From assembly GCA_963716885.1 (NCBI GenBank), contig CAVQUL010000008.1:36551-100550 (forward strand): 64,000 nucleotides of DNA, written 5' to 3'. Of the stretch, positions 11,998 to 23,279 are shown piece after piece. The notes under the pieces were generated by a model that saw nothing but the letters and a program-made list of their open reading frames with translations, had not been told where the DNA came from and ran no database searches. Numbering within the stretch: position 1 is the stretch's first letter; each line of letters opens with the position of its first letter. Source of the stretch: an uncultured Chitinophagaceae bacterium (GTDB lineage: Bacteria; Bacteroidota; Bacteroidia; Chitinophagales; Chitinophagaceae). A program made the position numbers and the translations under genes.

Positions 11998-12867
11998 TTG
12001 ATACAACTATCCATTATAATTATTAATTATAACACATTTCAATTAACTTGTAATTGTATTCAAAGTATTATTGACTTTACGAAAGAAATCGATTATGAAA
12101 TTATTTTAGTTGATAATGCTTCAACAGAATGTGATGCAGAGCTTTTTAAAGAAAAATTTCCATCAATAAAACTAATTATAAACCCAGAAAATAATGGTTT
12201 TGCTAAAGGAAATAATTTAGGTATTGAACAAGCAAAAGGAGAATTTATTTTATTATTAAATAGCGATACATATTTAGTTGAAGATGCAATTTCGAAAACA
12301 TATAATTATCATAAATCACAAAAATTAAAGGGTGCAATTGGCTGTAAAATGATATTTCCTAATGGTAAAATTCAGCACACTGCAAGAAAATTTAGAAGTA
12401 TTAGTTGGGAGTTGTTAGACTTGTTTAGAATTGTTTTATATATTCTCCCTTATAGAATGAGGGCAGAATTAATGTTAGGTAAGTATTTTAAATCTGACTT
12501 TAATACAAATTGCGATTGGTTAAATGGGGCATTTTTTATGTTCCCCAAATCTATTTTATTACAACTTCCTTATCAAAAACTTGATGATCGTTTTTTTATG
12601 TATGGCGAAGATCATTTATGGTGTTGGCAATTTGAACAACTAGGTTATTCATCTCATTTTTTTGATGAAGCAATAATTGTACACATCAATAATGGTAGTA
12701 CTTCTAAAGAAAATCAACTTGGGTTGAGAAAGCTTATGTTACAACATGAGTTGGAAATAATGAAAGAAAGAAAAGGAGAGGGGCTGTATTATTTTATATT
12801 TAAGTTGATATACACTACAAAAGAAAAATGTAGAATTTTCATTTTAAAAATTTTGAATAATACTTAA
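11998..12867 (+). CDS. Family 2 glycosyltransferase (rhamnosyltransferase-like)
   Basis: LSIIIINYNT..., ILVDNASTE, LLLNSDT. Confidence 0.8.
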   Translation: MIQLSIIIINYNTFQLTCNCIQSIIDFTKEIDYEIILVDNASTECDAELFKEKFPSIKLIINPENNGFAKGNNLGIEQAKGEFILLLNSDTYLVEDAISKTYNYHKSQKLKGAIGCKMIFPNGKIQHTARKFRSISWELLDLFRIVLYILPYRMRAELMLGKYFKSDFNTNCDWLNGAFFMFPKSILLQLPYQKLDDRFFMYGEDHLWCWQFEQLGYSSHFFDEAIIVHINNGSTSKENQLGLRKLMLQHELEIMKERKGEGLYYFIFKLIYTTKEKCRIFILKILNNT

Positions 12868-14213
12868 TTAAGTTGAGCCAGTTTTTCTGAAATCATTTGC
12901 TCTACCAATTCTGAATTCCACATTTCTTCAATATTATCGAGTTGCATTATTTCTTGCATTATCGCTTCTTGTTTTTGACCTCTACTTAAAGCTTCACTAT
13001 ATCTTACATTGGGTGAAAAAGTAACTAAGCTATAAGCTGGAGTCCATTTTTCAGGATGTTTTAATTGAAAATTTGTTTCAATCTTTTTTTGTAAAAGAAA
13101 TTTAGCATTGCCTGTTTTATCTCTCATTTCAACAAAATTTGAAATTGCCATATCAGCTATTGCATCAGCATCTGGTTTTCGAAGTGTTTGAAATTCTTCT
13201 AAAATAGTTGACCAATCATCATTATGTAAATCAATTAACTCATCTAAAATTCGGCAATCTTCAAACCCACAATTCATGCCTTGTCCAAAGAATGGAACTA
13301 AAGCATGAGCAGCATCACCAATTAAAGCAAATTTGTCTTCCCTAATCCAAGGAAAACATTTTACTGTAACTAATGTTGAAGTTGGATTATTAAAAAAATC
13401 ATCAATATAATTTGGCATTAAAGGAATAGCATCTGCAAAATTGGTTGCAAAGAAATTTTCTACTTTTTCTCTTGTATCAAGCTGAGAAAAAGATAAAGCT
13501 CCTTCCATTGGGAAAAATAATGTACAGGTAAATGATTTGTCTAAATTTGGTAAGGCAATGAGCATATAATCCTTTCTTGGCCATATATGTAGGGCATTTA
13601 CTTCCATTGCAAAATCTCCATTTTTAGTAGGAGGTATAGTTAATTCTTTATATCCACAGTCGATATAATATTGATGATAATCGAACTTTGAATGTTGTAG
13701 TTGATGCGTTAAACGAGAAGCAGCAAATGCACCATCTGAACCAAAAAGTAAATCGAAATAAACTGTTTCAATTTGATTATTATTTGTTTCGAATGTGATT
13801 TTATTCTTTTCCCAATCAATCGTTTCACATTTATGATTAAAATAAATGTCAACTCCATTTTCTTCTGCCAAGTCCATCAACTTCATGTTTAAAGTTGCTC
13901 TTGAAACAGAATTGATATGTTGTTGGTTTATGCCATAAGGTTGTGTAACTGTTGAATTATCTTTATTATGAATAAATCTTCCATACATTGGAATACAAAT
14001 AGATTTAATATCTTCAGCTAATCCAATTTTTTCTAAAGCTAATAATCCTCTATCACTTAAGGCAAGATTAATTGATCTTCCTGCACTCATATCTAATTTT
14101 CGCATATCATCTCTTCTTTCATATATCTTAACTTGATACCCTCTTCTTTTAAGATAGATGCTTAATAAAGAACCTACAAGCCCTGCACCAATTATTGTTA
14201 TGTTTTTTTTCAT
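12864..14213 (-). CDS. kmo: Kynurenine 3-monooxygenase (FAD-dependent)
   Basis: ITIIGAGLVGS FAD fold, GDAAHALVPFFGQGMNCGFED, ~450 aa. Confidence 0.85.
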   Translation of the reverse strand: MKKNITIIGAGLVGSLLSIYLKRRGYQVKIYERRDDMRKLDMSAGRSINLALSDRGLLALEKIGLAEDIKSICIPMYGRFIHNKDNSTVTQPYGINQQHINSVSRATLNMKLMDLAEENGVDIYFNHKCETIDWEKNKITFETNNNQIETVYFDLLFGSDGAFAASRLTHQLQHSKFDYHQYYIDCGYKELTIPPTKNGDFAMEVNALHIWPRKDYMLIALPNLDKSFTCTLFFPMEGALSFSQLDTREKVENFFATNFADAIPLMPNYIDDFFNNPTSTLVTVKCFPWIREDKFALIGDAAHALVPFFGQGMNCGFEDCRILDELIDLHNDDWSTILEEFQTLRKPDADAIADMAISNFVEMRDKTGNAKFLLQKKIETNFQLKHPEKWTPAYSLVTFSPNVRYSEALSRGQKQEAIMQEIMQLDNIEEMWNSELVEQMISEKLAQLN

Positions 14214-14278
14214 ATATAAATTCTAATCTTAAATCCTTGAATGCAATAATACAAGTTATGTGTTGAAAGAAAATCTAC

Positions 14279-14307
14279 TCAAAAAAAATCCTGCTGTTAA
14301 GCAGGAT
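14279..14307 (-). terminator. Rho-independent terminator after pckA
   Basis: ATCCTGCT (14288-14295) / AGCAGGAT (14300-14307), 4-nt loop, followed on the minus strand by a U-run (A-run 14281-14288 on +). Confidence 0.7.
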
Positions 14308-14314
14308 AATTCTT

Positions 14315-15925
14315 TTAAGCTGTTTTAGGAGCAGCAAGTAAAATTTCTTCATCAACTTGATCTGCATATTTCTTGAAATTTTCAACAAACATATTTGCAA
14401 GTTTTTTTGCTGCGATGTCATATTCATTTCTATCAGCCCAGGTATATCTTGGATGTAAAATTTCTTTTGGAACATTAGGACAACTTACTGGCATTAACAT
14501 TCCAAAAACTTGATGAGCTACAAATTCAATATTATTAAGCTCTCCATTTAATGCTGCAGTAATCATGGCTCTTGTATATGGCAATTTCATTCTTTTTCCA
14601 ATGCCATAAGAGCCACCACTCCAACCAGTATTAATCATCCAAACATTTACTTGATGTTCTTTCATTTTTTCTCCCAACATTTTTGCATAAAATCCAGGAT
14701 GTAAGGGTAAGAAAGGAGCTCCAAAGCAAGCACTAAAAGTTGCTTTTGGTTCTGAAATTCCAGCTTCTGTACCTGCTACTTTTGCAGTATATCCACTAAT
14801 AAATTGATACATGGCTTGTCCTGGAGTTAATTTGCTTATTGGAGGTAAAACTCCATAGGCATCGCAAGTTAAAAAGAAAATATTTTTTGGCAAGCCACCA
14901 ATACTTGGTTCTAATGCATTTGAAATAAAGTCTAATGGATAACTAACTCTTGTATTTTCTGTAATTGATTTATCTGAAAAATCTATTGTATTTGTTCCTT
15001 TAATAAATCCAACATTTTCTACTAATGCCCCAGGCTTAATTGCTCTAAAGATTTCTGGTTCTTTATCTTCACTTAAATCAATCACTTTTGCATAGCAACC
15101 ACCTTCGAAATTAAAAATTGAATTAGCAGTCCAACCATGTTCATCATCACCAATTAATTTTCTATTTGGATCAGCACTAAGTGTTGTTTTTCCTGTTCCA
15201 CTTAATCCAAAAAATACTGCAACATCATCATCGTCTCCCATATTAGCACTGCAATGCATACTTAAAACATTATTATCATGGGGTAAGATGTAATTTAAAA
15301 TAGTAAAAATTCCTTTTTTCATTTCACCAGTATATCCAGTACCACCAATAATTATAGTTTTATGTTTAAAGGATGCTATTGCAAAATTATGTTGACGCGT
15401 TTTATCAAGTAATGGGTTTGCCAAAAAACTTGGAGCTTGAATAATATGCCAATCTGGAGTAAAGTTTTCTAATTCATCAGTTAATGGTCTCAAAAACATG
15501 TTATATGCAAATAAATTGCACCAAGGCATTTCATTGATGACTCTAATATTTAATTTATAATTTGAATCTGCACAAGCAAAAGAATCTCGAATCCAAATTT
15601 CTTCTTTATTACTTAAATGATTTAATAATTTAGCTTTTAAGTTTAAAAAATCTTCTTCAGCAAATGGAATATTGAAATTATTCCAATGAATGGTATTTTC
15701 AGTTATTTCATCTTTTACTATAAACTTATCTAATGGGCTTCTACCAGTAAATTCACCTGTATTAATACACAATGCACCTGTATCATTTAAAATACCTTGA
15801 TTTCTTTGTATTGATTGATGTACAAGTTCTTCAGGAGAAAGCTGGTAATGAATATTTACCTGTTCTGAAATTCCTAATTCACTCAATTTTTCTTTTGGAA
15901 ATTGGATTGCTGTAGTAGTTGACAT
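14315..15925 (-). CDS. pckA: Phosphoenolpyruvate carboxykinase (ATP)
   Basis: GLSGTGKTTLS kinase motif, 536 aa, PckA-like throughout. Confidence 0.95.
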   Translation of the reverse strand: MSTTTAIQFPKEKLSELGISEQVNIHYQLSPEELVHQSIQRNQGILNDTGALCINTGEFTGRSPLDKFIVKDEITENTIHWNNFNIPFAEEDFLNLKAKLLNHLSNKEEIWIRDSFACADSNYKLNIRVINEMPWCNLFAYNMFLRPLTDELENFTPDWHIIQAPSFLANPLLDKTRQHNFAIASFKHKTIIIGGTGYTGEMKKGIFTILNYILPHDNNVLSMHCSANMGDDDDVAVFFGLSGTGKTTLSADPNRKLIGDDEHGWTANSIFNFEGGCYAKVIDLSEDKEPEIFRAIKPGALVENVGFIKGTNTIDFSDKSITENTRVSYPLDFISNALEPSIGGLPKNIFFLTCDAYGVLPPISKLTPGQAMYQFISGYTAKVAGTEAGISEPKATFSACFGAPFLPLHPGFYAKMLGEKMKEHQVNVWMINTGWSGGSYGIGKRMKLPYTRAMITAALNGELNNIEFVAHQVFGMLMPVSCPNVPKEILHPRYTWADRNEYDIAAKKLANMFVENFKKYADQVDEEILLAAPKTA

Positions 15926-16128
15926 ATAAAAACTATCGTTTGTTAGTTTTGCAAAAATAGGACAGCTTTTTTTAGAAAAAAATTTAAGTGTAATTGGTAC
16001 ACAATAATTTACATTGATCTCATCATTAATTTAAGTTAAATTTAATTTGAGATTTTAAAAATTTTGGTAATTCATAAACAATATTATATTTGTTGCCATA
16101 ACTAATTGTTTAATTAAAATAGAAAACT

Positions 16129-16569
16129 GTGCCTTACGATTTAAATGAAAAAAAACAAGAAAGTGTTTTTAGTAAAAGAATTAAAGCAGGTAAAAGAAGA
16201 ACTTATTTTTTTGATGTAAGAGAAACAAGAGGTAATGATTACTTTTTAACAATTACTGAAAGTAAAAAAAGATTTGATGATAATGGTTATGAAAGACATA
16301 AAGTGTTTATCTATAAAGAAGACTTTAATAAATTTACGAAAGCTTTAATTGAAAGTGTAGATTATGTAAAAACAGAGTTAATGCCTGATTTTGATTTTGA
16401 TGCTTTTAATCATGAATATCCTGAAAATGGAGAAACTATTTTTTCGGAAGATGTAGAAGTCGTTGCTGAAAATAAACAAGAAGAAGTTATTATTACCTCT
16501 GCAGAAGAACCTAAAGAAAATAATAATTCCTCAATGGATAATAATATTGAACATGTTGATAAATGGTAG
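16129..16569 (+). CDS. PUR-alpha-like nucleic-acid-binding protein (DUF3276 family)
   Basis: KRRTYFFDVRETRGNDYFLTITESKKR... matches the Bacteroidota PUR-repeat family pattern. GTG start. Confidence 0.65.
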   Translation: MPYDLNEKKQESVFSKRIKAGKRRTYFFDVRETRGNDYFLTITESKKRFDDNGYERHKVFIYKEDFNKFTKALIESVDYVKTELMPDFDFDAFNHEYPENGETIFSEDVEVVAENKQEEVIITSAEEPKENNNSSMDNNIEHVDKW

Positions 16570-16582
16570 AATAATATCATTG

Positions 16583-18071
16583 TTACATAAAAAAAATAGC
16601 TTTCAATTTGAAAGCTATTTTTTTATATGATACTATTTTTACATGGTTGCCAACTGAACTTTTTGAGTAAGTTCTTGTAACATTTTCTTTAAAAATGCTA
16701 TCGGTATCCATTAAATCTTTTACAGTTTGACAAGAGTGAATTACAGTTGTATGATCTCTTCCTCCAAAATGTTCACCAATTGTTTTTAAAGAATTTTTAG
16801 TAAATCCTTTTGCCAAAAACATAGTGATTTGTCTTGCTTGAACAATTTCTCTTTTACGTGTTTTGTGCAAAAGTTTTTCGTAAGGAACACTAAAAAATTC
16901 ACAAACAATTTTTTGAATTGAATCAATTGTAATTTCTTTACTACTAGTTCTTACAAAATTTCTTAATACTTTTTTAGTCAACTCAACATCAATTTCTTTT
17001 TTGTTGAGAGATGATTGTGCTAATAATGATATTAATGCTCCTTTTAATTCTCTAATGCTTGTGTTTATATTATAAGCAACATATTTTACCACTTCAGCAC
17101 TTAACTCTAAACCATCATCTTTCATCATTTTTTCTAAAATCTCAACGCGAGTTTCATAGTCTGGTAATTGCAAGTCTGTGCTTAATCCCCAACGAAATCT
17201 GCTTAATAATCTTTCTTGCATACCATCTAAATCTTTAGGTGGTTTATCAGATGTTAAAATTAATTGTTTACCACTTTGATGAAGGTGGTTGAAGATTGCA
17301 AAAAATGCATCTTGACTTTTTTCTGCTTTTGCAAAATATTGTACATCATCAATAATTAAAACATCTATCAATTGATAAAAATGTATGAAATCGTTGATAG
17401 CGTTGTTTCTACTATGATCTTGAAACTGATTGATGAATTTTTCACTACTTACATATAGAACTACTTTGTTAGAGTGAAGTCTTTTTACTTCATTACCTAT
17501 TGCTTGAACCAAGTGAGTTTTACCCATACCAGTACCACCATATAGAACTAATGGATTAAAAGAACTTGAACCTGGTTTTTCAGCAACAGTTTTTCCAGCT
17601 CTTCTTGCCACTCTATTACATTCACCTTCTACATAATTATCAAAAATATAATTTGATTTAAGTTGGGGATCAATTTGCATTTTTTTGATTCCCGGAATAA
17701 CAAAAGGATTTTTAACAGGACTGTCTATTACTAAAGGAAAAGACATTTCATTATTATGAAACAGTTTTTACTGAAGTTGCAGGAACATCAACACTTCCAC
17801 TTCTTCCATTTCCACTATCTACCATTATTCTATATTCCAATCTTGCATCTTTACCTAATTCTCTTTTTAAAGTTTTTGCAAGAAGAGTTACATAATGCTC
17901 TTCTAGGTATTCATAAAAAAATTGGCTAGGCACTTGAATCATTAAAACATTACCCTTTAACTCAACAGGAGTAATAGGTTCGAACCAAGTTTTAAAATGT
18001 TGCCATTCTACTATATCCTTAATTATGTTCAGACAATTGAGCCATATTAATTCTGCAGTTTTATTAGTCAT
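16583..18071 (-). pseudogene. dnaA: Chromosomal replication initiator DnaA; frame broken in the domain II linker and near the C-terminus
   Basis: The domain I ORF (17754-18071) and the AAA+/DNA-binding ORF (16583-17746) are in different frames. GGTGMGKTHL, IDDVQYF, DHTTVIHSCQ. A shift near 16665 gives ...ELTQKVQLATM with stop complement at 16639-16641. Confidence 0.9.
16588..16625. terminator. Bidirectional rho-independent terminator shared by the convergent DUF3276 gene and dnaA
   Basis: ATAGCTTTCAA (16596-16606) / TTGAAAGCTAT (16608-16618), flanked by an A-run on the left and a T-run on the right. Confidence 0.75.
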
Positions 18072-18208
18072 TTCAAGAGTCTATTTTAAGAAGTTAGCAA
18101 TTTATCATTTTGGTATAATCGACTAAAAAAAATTTTCTTTTCAACATTGTGGAAAAACTTTAGTCGGACTGCGAATATGGAAGTTTTATGTTGAAAAAAA
18201 AAAGTTTT

Positions 18209-19138
18209 TTAATTTGTTTTTTTCGTTAGAACTACAGTATGGGCTTTTGTCATTTGTTTTCTCTTTTTTTGGTTAAAAATATAGTCTAATCTACCTAAAT
18301 GCATACCAGCCCAACCAGCCTGATTTACTACAACTTCACTTCTGGTTTTATTGGTATATTTTCTTGGTTGATTAAACAATCTATGTGTGTGTCCTCCAAT
18401 AATCAAATCAATGTCAAAGCTTTGTTTGGCAAGGGTTTCATCACTAACTGTTGCATCAAGATATCTATCTCCTAAGTGAGATAAACAAACCACTAAATCA
18501 CATCCTTCTTTTCTTAAATAAGATGCAGTTTCATTTGCTTTGGTTATGGGTTCTTGGTAAATTGTTGCTCCACTTAAATTCTCTGGAACAAGTCCTTGTA
18601 GTTCTATTCCTACACCCAAAACTCCAACTCTTATATTTCCCTTTTCAAATATTTTGAAAGGTAATGTTTTTTTATTCATTGTAGTATTAGAAAAATCATA
18701 GTTACAATTAAGTATTGGAAAATTTGCATGTGTTAGTTGAGTTGCTAAATTTTCAATTCCACCATCAAAATCATGGTTGCCAATTGTACCAGCATCATAG
18801 CCTAGCATTGACATAGCTTTTATTTCTGGTTCACCTTTAAATACATTAAAGTATGGAGTTCCTTGAAACATATCTCCAGCATCTAATAATAAGACTTGTT
18901 CTTCTTGATTTCTAATTTGTTTAATTACAGATGCTCTTGCTGCAATTCCTCCCAAACCTTCATTAGGACTACCATCCATAGGAAAAGGTTCTAATCTACT
19001 ATGTACATCGTTTGTATGTAGTATAGTTATTTTATTAGTAGTTTCTGTATATCCTTTAGCACTAATTATTGTAGGCAATGCTAGAGATGCAGTAGCTAAT
19101 AAACTATTATGTAAAAATTTTCTTCTACTATTTTGCAT
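18209..19138 (-). CDS. Metallophosphoesterase (5'-nucleotidase/UshA N-terminal domain) with Tat-type signal
   Basis: MQNSRRKFLHNSLLATASLAL (twin-Arg), HTNDVHS, GDMFQGT, GNHDFD. The internal ATG at 19138 is preferred over the longest-ORF start at 19180. Confidence 0.8.
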   Translation of the reverse strand: MQNSRRKFLHNSLLATASLALPTIISAKGYTETTNKITILHTNDVHSRLEPFPMDGSPNEGLGGIAARASVIKQIRNQEEQVLLLDAGDMFQGTPYFNVFKGEPEIKAMSMLGYDAGTIGNHDFDGGIENLATQLTHANFPILNCNYDFSNTTMNKKTLPFKIFEKGNIRVGVLGVGIELQGLVPENLSGATIYQEPITKANETASYLRKEGCDLVVCLSHLGDRYLDATVSDETLAKQSFDIDLIIGGHTHRLFNQPRKYTNKTRSEVVVNQAGWAGMHLGRLDYIFNQKKRKQMTKAHTVVLTKKTN

Positions 19139-19877
19139 CGGTAATTCTATTTTCAATTTTTGCATCAATCGTTTTGCCATTTTGAGTTAACAATTTAATA
19201 TACTCAATCAATGCGTCTCTCAATAAATAATTAATATTTTGTTTAGGTATTTTCTTAAGCATCGTAGTATTATCACCACCATTAACAACATAATCACTAT
19301 TTGCAATAAGATAGATGGAGTCATTAATAATTGATTGACCTTCTATTTTAGCATCCACCAAAGTTTTTTCTTTCATTGAATAAGTCAAACCTTTAGAAAC
19401 TGGCCATCCACCTTTTTCACATGCATGATTCAAGAAATCTTTTAATACGTTTCCTTTTACTTCTTGTAGAATAATGATGTTATCAAAAGGCATAATATTA
19501 AAAATATCTTCAACAGTTATTTCTCCTTTTGGTAAATTAGATCTTATACCTCCAGCGTTAATAATTGCAGCAGTAATTTTTTTATTAAACTTTTGCTCTG
19601 TCATTGTTTTCATAGCATCAGCCATAAAATTACCTAATGTACTTTCTGTTTTTTTTGAATACAAACCATAAGTCGAAAATCCAATCACTTCTTTTAAACT
19701 ATTACTTAATTGAAGTTTGTAAGATTTTAATAATTGAATTGAACTACTATCTTGAACAATATTTTTAGTAATTGAATAATTCGAATATTCAATCTGAGGT
19801 GGTTTTGTGTTGCAACTATTGAGAAGTATTATTATAAAAAAGAAACCAACAATAAACTTCTTAAAATTTAAATGCAT
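19128..19877 (-). CDS. 5'-nucleotidase C-terminal (substrate-binding) domain lipoprotein
   Basis: Signal peptide with LLNSC lipobox. GNFMADAM... and GGIRS... patterns of the UshA C-domain. Confidence 0.75.
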   Translation of the reverse strand: MHLNFKKFIVGFFFIIILLNSCNTKPPQIEYSNYSITKNIVQDSSSIQLLKSYKLQLSNSLKEVIGFSTYGLYSKKTESTLGNFMADAMKTMTEQKFNKKITAAIINAGGIRSNLPKGEITVEDIFNIMPFDNIIILQEVKGNVLKDFLNHACEKGGWPVSKGLTYSMKEKTLVDAKIEGQSIINDSIYLIANSDYVVNGGDNTTMLKKIPKQNINYLLRDALIEYIKLLTQNGKTIDAKIENRITDAK

Positions 19878-19975
19878 AGAACTCTAATGAATCTGAAAGT
19901 TAAGAGGATTTATGAATTAAAAATATTTTTAGTGATATTTTTTTTAGAAACTACATTTGAGCCAAAATATTAATC

Positions 19976-20350
19976 ATGAGTTTTGAAATTACAGGAAAAT
20001 TAGTAGCTAAGTATGATACCATCAATAGAACAGAAACCTTTAAAACTAGAGAGTTTGTAATCGAAAAATCTGATGATATAGGTGGAAGAATTATTACAAA
20101 TTATGTAAAGTTTCAATCTGTTCAAGATAAAACAGCTTTGCCAGATAAATTTAATATAGGGGATGAAATTAAAGTTTCATTTAATATCAAAGGTTCAAAA
20201 TGGACAAAAGATGGTAAAGAAAACTATATAACCAATTTAGATGCTTGGAGAATGGAAACTGTAAAGCTTGCACAAACCAATGAAAGCAATACAGTAACTG
20301 CTTTTGATGCACCTGCACCTGAAGATATTGTTGATGATTTGCCATTTTAA
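19976..20350 (+). CDS. DUF3127-family OB-fold-like protein with SSB-type acidic C-terminal tip
   Basis: MSFEITGKL... start typical of DUF3127. Ends ...EDIVDDLPF. Confidence 0.6.
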   Translation: MSFEITGKLVAKYDTINRTETFKTREFVIEKSDDIGGRIITNYVKFQSVQDKTALPDKFNIGDEIKVSFNIKGSKWTKDGKENYITNLDAWRMETVKLAQTNESNTVTAFDAPAPEDIVDDLPF

Positions 20351-20365
20351 TTTGTATCATTAATA

Positions 20366-21211
20366 ATGAATAGCAGTCTAGAATTATATAATAGTATTTG
20401 TAAAAAAACAAGTGAACTTACTTGCAAAAAGTATAGTACTAGTTTTTATAGTTCTATTTTGCTTTTGCACAAAAGTTTGCATCAACACATTTACAATATT
20501 TATGGTTTTGTAAGATTTGCTGATGAAATTGTAGATACATTTCATAACTACGATAAAAAATTTTTGTTTTACGATTTTAAGCAACAAACTAAACAAGCTC
20601 TAGAAAAAAAAATAAGTTTAAATCCTATACTTCACTCATTTCAACAAACTGTACATGATTGTGAAATTAGTGTTGACTTAATTGATACTTTTCTCTATAG
20701 TATGGAATTAGATTTAACTAAAGAAACTTATACCGACGAAGAATATGAACAATACATTTATGGTAGTGCTGAAGTTGTTGGTTTAATGTGCTTAAAAGTT
20801 TTTTGCGATAAAGACGAAACACTTTTTCAGCAGCTTGTAGAACCAGCCAGAAAATTGGGTGCTGCATTTCAAAAAATTAATTTCTTAAGAGATATTAAAG
20901 CAGATGCAGAATCTTTAGGTAGAATGTATTTTCCAGATTGCAACTTCAATGAATTTAAAGAATCTGATAAAGTTTCAATAGAAAACGATATTGAGAAAGA
21001 CTTTAGTGAAGCATTAATCGGCATTAAAAAATTAAACAAAAAGTCCCAATTTGGAGTGTATCTAGCTTATATGTACTATTATAATCTTTTTAAAAAGATT
21101 AAAAAAATGAGTACTCAGAATATCTTGCATAATAGAGTAAGAAATTCAAATTTTAGGAAAGGATTAATCATTATTCATTCATTTATCAATTTTAAATTAG
21201 GCAGAATATAA
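20366..21211 (+). CDS. crtB: Phytoene synthase
   Basis: YIYGSAEVVGLMCL and FLRDIKADAESLGRMYFP, squalene/phytoene synthase signatures. Directly upstream of crtI. Confidence 0.85.
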   Translation: MNSSLELYNSICKKTSELTCKKYSTSFYSSILLLHKSLHQHIYNIYGFVRFADEIVDTFHNYDKKFLFYDFKQQTKQALEKKISLNPILHSFQQTVHDCEISVDLIDTFLYSMELDLTKETYTDEEYEQYIYGSAEVVGLMCLKVFCDKDETLFQQLVEPARKLGAAFQKINFLRDIKADAESLGRMYFPDCNFNEFKESDKVSIENDIEKDFSEALIGIKKLNKKSQFGVYLAYMYYYNLFKKIKKMSTQNILHNRVRNSNFRKGLIIIHSFINFKLGRI

Positions 21212-21227
21212 TCTGAAATTAAATTCA

Positions 21228-22718
21228 GTGAAAAAAAAAGTAATCATTATTGGCTCTGGAGTGGGTGGTTTAGCTACTGCAATTAGATTGGCAACAGATG
21301 GATTTGATGTGGTTATTTATGAAAAAAATAATCATCCCGGAGGAAAACTTTCATCATTAAAATTAAAAGATTTTTTATTCGATACTGGACCGAGTTTATT
21401 TACTTGCCCAAGTTTACTTGAAGATTTATTTACGTATGCTAATGTTGCCATAGAAGATTATTTTTCTTATGAAAAACTTTCAACTACTTGCAATTATTTT
21501 TTTACTGATAAAACCAACTTGACTGCATTTTCTGATATTGAAAGTTTTGGGAAAGAGCTTTCAACAAAACATCAAGAAAATGAATTTTCAATTAAGAAAT
21601 ATTTAAAAGAATCCTCAAAACTCTACAATAAAACTGGTAGTTTTTTTCTGAATAATTCTTTGCATAAATTATCTTCTTTTTTAAATGTGAAATTGCTTTT
21701 GGCTATTACTGGGTTTAAATTCAAGTATTTTTTTAAGAGCCTGCATCAATACAATTCTAACAAGTTTAAGAACCCAAAAACAGTTCAAATATTTAATCGT
21801 TTTGCAACTTATAATGGGAGTAGTCCATATCTAGCACCAGCAATGCTTTCATTGATTAGCCATTTAGAATTTAATGATGGAATTTATTATCCAAAAGGAG
21901 GAATGATCTCTATTACTATTGCTTTATATCAATTAGCAATTAAAAAAGGAGTGAGGTTTGAATTTAATAAAGAAGTTTCTGAAATTGTTGTTAAGAATAA
22001 TTCAGTCGAAGGAATAATTGTTGAAGAAGAATTTATAAGTTCTGATATTGTAATTAGTAATGGTGATGTTTATTTTACTTACAAAAAACTATTGCATAAA
22101 GAAACTGAAGCAAACAGTATATTAAAACAAGAAAGAAGCAGTAGTGCTTTAGTTTTCTATTGGGGCATTAATAAAGAATTTCCAGAACTTGATTTGCATA
22201 ATATATTCTTTGCTGAAGATTATGAAGCTGAGTTTGAAAGTATTTTCAAAACAAAATCAGTTTATCCTGACCCAACAATTTATATCAATATCACCTCAAA
22301 AAAAGAACCTGGAATTCATGCACCAAATGGAAAAGAAAATTGGTTTGTTATGATTAATGTTCCTGCATCAGATAAAATAGATTGGGAAAAAGCTACAGTT
22401 GAATATCGCAAATTCATCATCCAAAAAATAAATAAAACTTTACAAACCAATATAGAATCTTTTATAGAAGAAGAAGAGGTTTTAGATCCAAAAAGTATTG
22501 AATCTAAAACCTCTAGTTATTTAGGTTCTATTTATGGAACTAGTTCAAATTCAATATTTGCAGCTTTTTTACGACATCCTAATTTTTCAACAAAATATAA
22601 AAATCTTTTTTTTGTTGGTGGAAGTGTACATCCAGGAGGTGGAATTCCACTTTGTTTGTTAAGTGGAAAAATTACCTCTGAAATAATAAAGAAAACGTTT
22701 AAGCCCAAGCACCCATAA
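21228..22718 (+). CDS. crtI: Phytoene desaturase
   Basis: VIIIGSGVGGLATAIRLA FAD fold, ~496 aa, C-terminal FVGGSVHPGGGIP. GTG start. Confidence 0.85.
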   Translation: MKKKVIIIGSGVGGLATAIRLATDGFDVVIYEKNNHPGGKLSSLKLKDFLFDTGPSLFTCPSLLEDLFTYANVAIEDYFSYEKLSTTCNYFFTDKTNLTAFSDIESFGKELSTKHQENEFSIKKYLKESSKLYNKTGSFFLNNSLHKLSSFLNVKLLLAITGFKFKYFFKSLHQYNSNKFKNPKTVQIFNRFATYNGSSPYLAPAMLSLISHLEFNDGIYYPKGGMISITIALYQLAIKKGVRFEFNKEVSEIVVKNNSVEGIIVEEEFISSDIVISNGDVYFTYKKLLHKETEANSILKQERSSSALVFYWGINKEFPELDLHNIFFAEDYEAEFESIFKTKSVYPDPTIYINITSKKEPGIHAPNGKENWFVMINVPASDKIDWEKATVEYRKFIIQKINKTLQTNIESFIEEEEVLDPKSIESKTSSYLGSIYGTSSNSIFAAFLRHPNFSTKYKNLFFVGGSVHPGGGIPLCLLSGKITSEIIKKTFKPKHP

Positions 22719-23121
22719 TTGCACCAGCAATTGCACAACCTACAATTTGATAGCCACAATCAATTGCATATAACATTTTTGGTTTCATATTATATAAATA
22801 ATTAATGGCAATTGCAGTAGAAGCAAAAAATACGACCAACAAAAACACCCATTTTTAAACCATGCATAACATCCATTAGTTCCAAAATGATGGTTTAAAA
22901 CTGCAATGCCAATAGTTTGCAATAGCGTTAATACAAAACTAGTAAACATAATTCCAGCAAATCCTTTTTTAGCATTAGGATCATCGACATTAACACCAGA
23001 TAATTTTATCCACTGTTCTTTGAAATAGAAAGCTATACCAAACTGCACCTAATGAAAAATAAGCTAGTGCTGCAACAAATACATGTAACCAATTAAGGTT
23101 TGAAAGCGTTTCTGTAAACAT
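22699..23121 (-). pseudogene. DUF1761-family membrane protein; frame broken twice
   Basis: MFTETLSNLNWLHVFVAALAYFSLGAVWYS... start. Fragments 22990-23178 and 22785-23048, plus a third frame ending ...IAGAIMGAWA with stop complement 22699-22701. Overlaps the crtI 3' end. Confidence 0.55.
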
Positions 23122-23279
23122 AAAATTAGTTTTGGTGATTAAGAAAAGCAATTTATGGGTTTCTTTTAATTTGTTCAATAAATTTTTTTAAAAATTAACA
23201 CTTCCGAAACATTTCGTATTAAAATAATTCCCTTACATTTGAACTACGAAATATTTAGTACATAAACAAAACATTCATT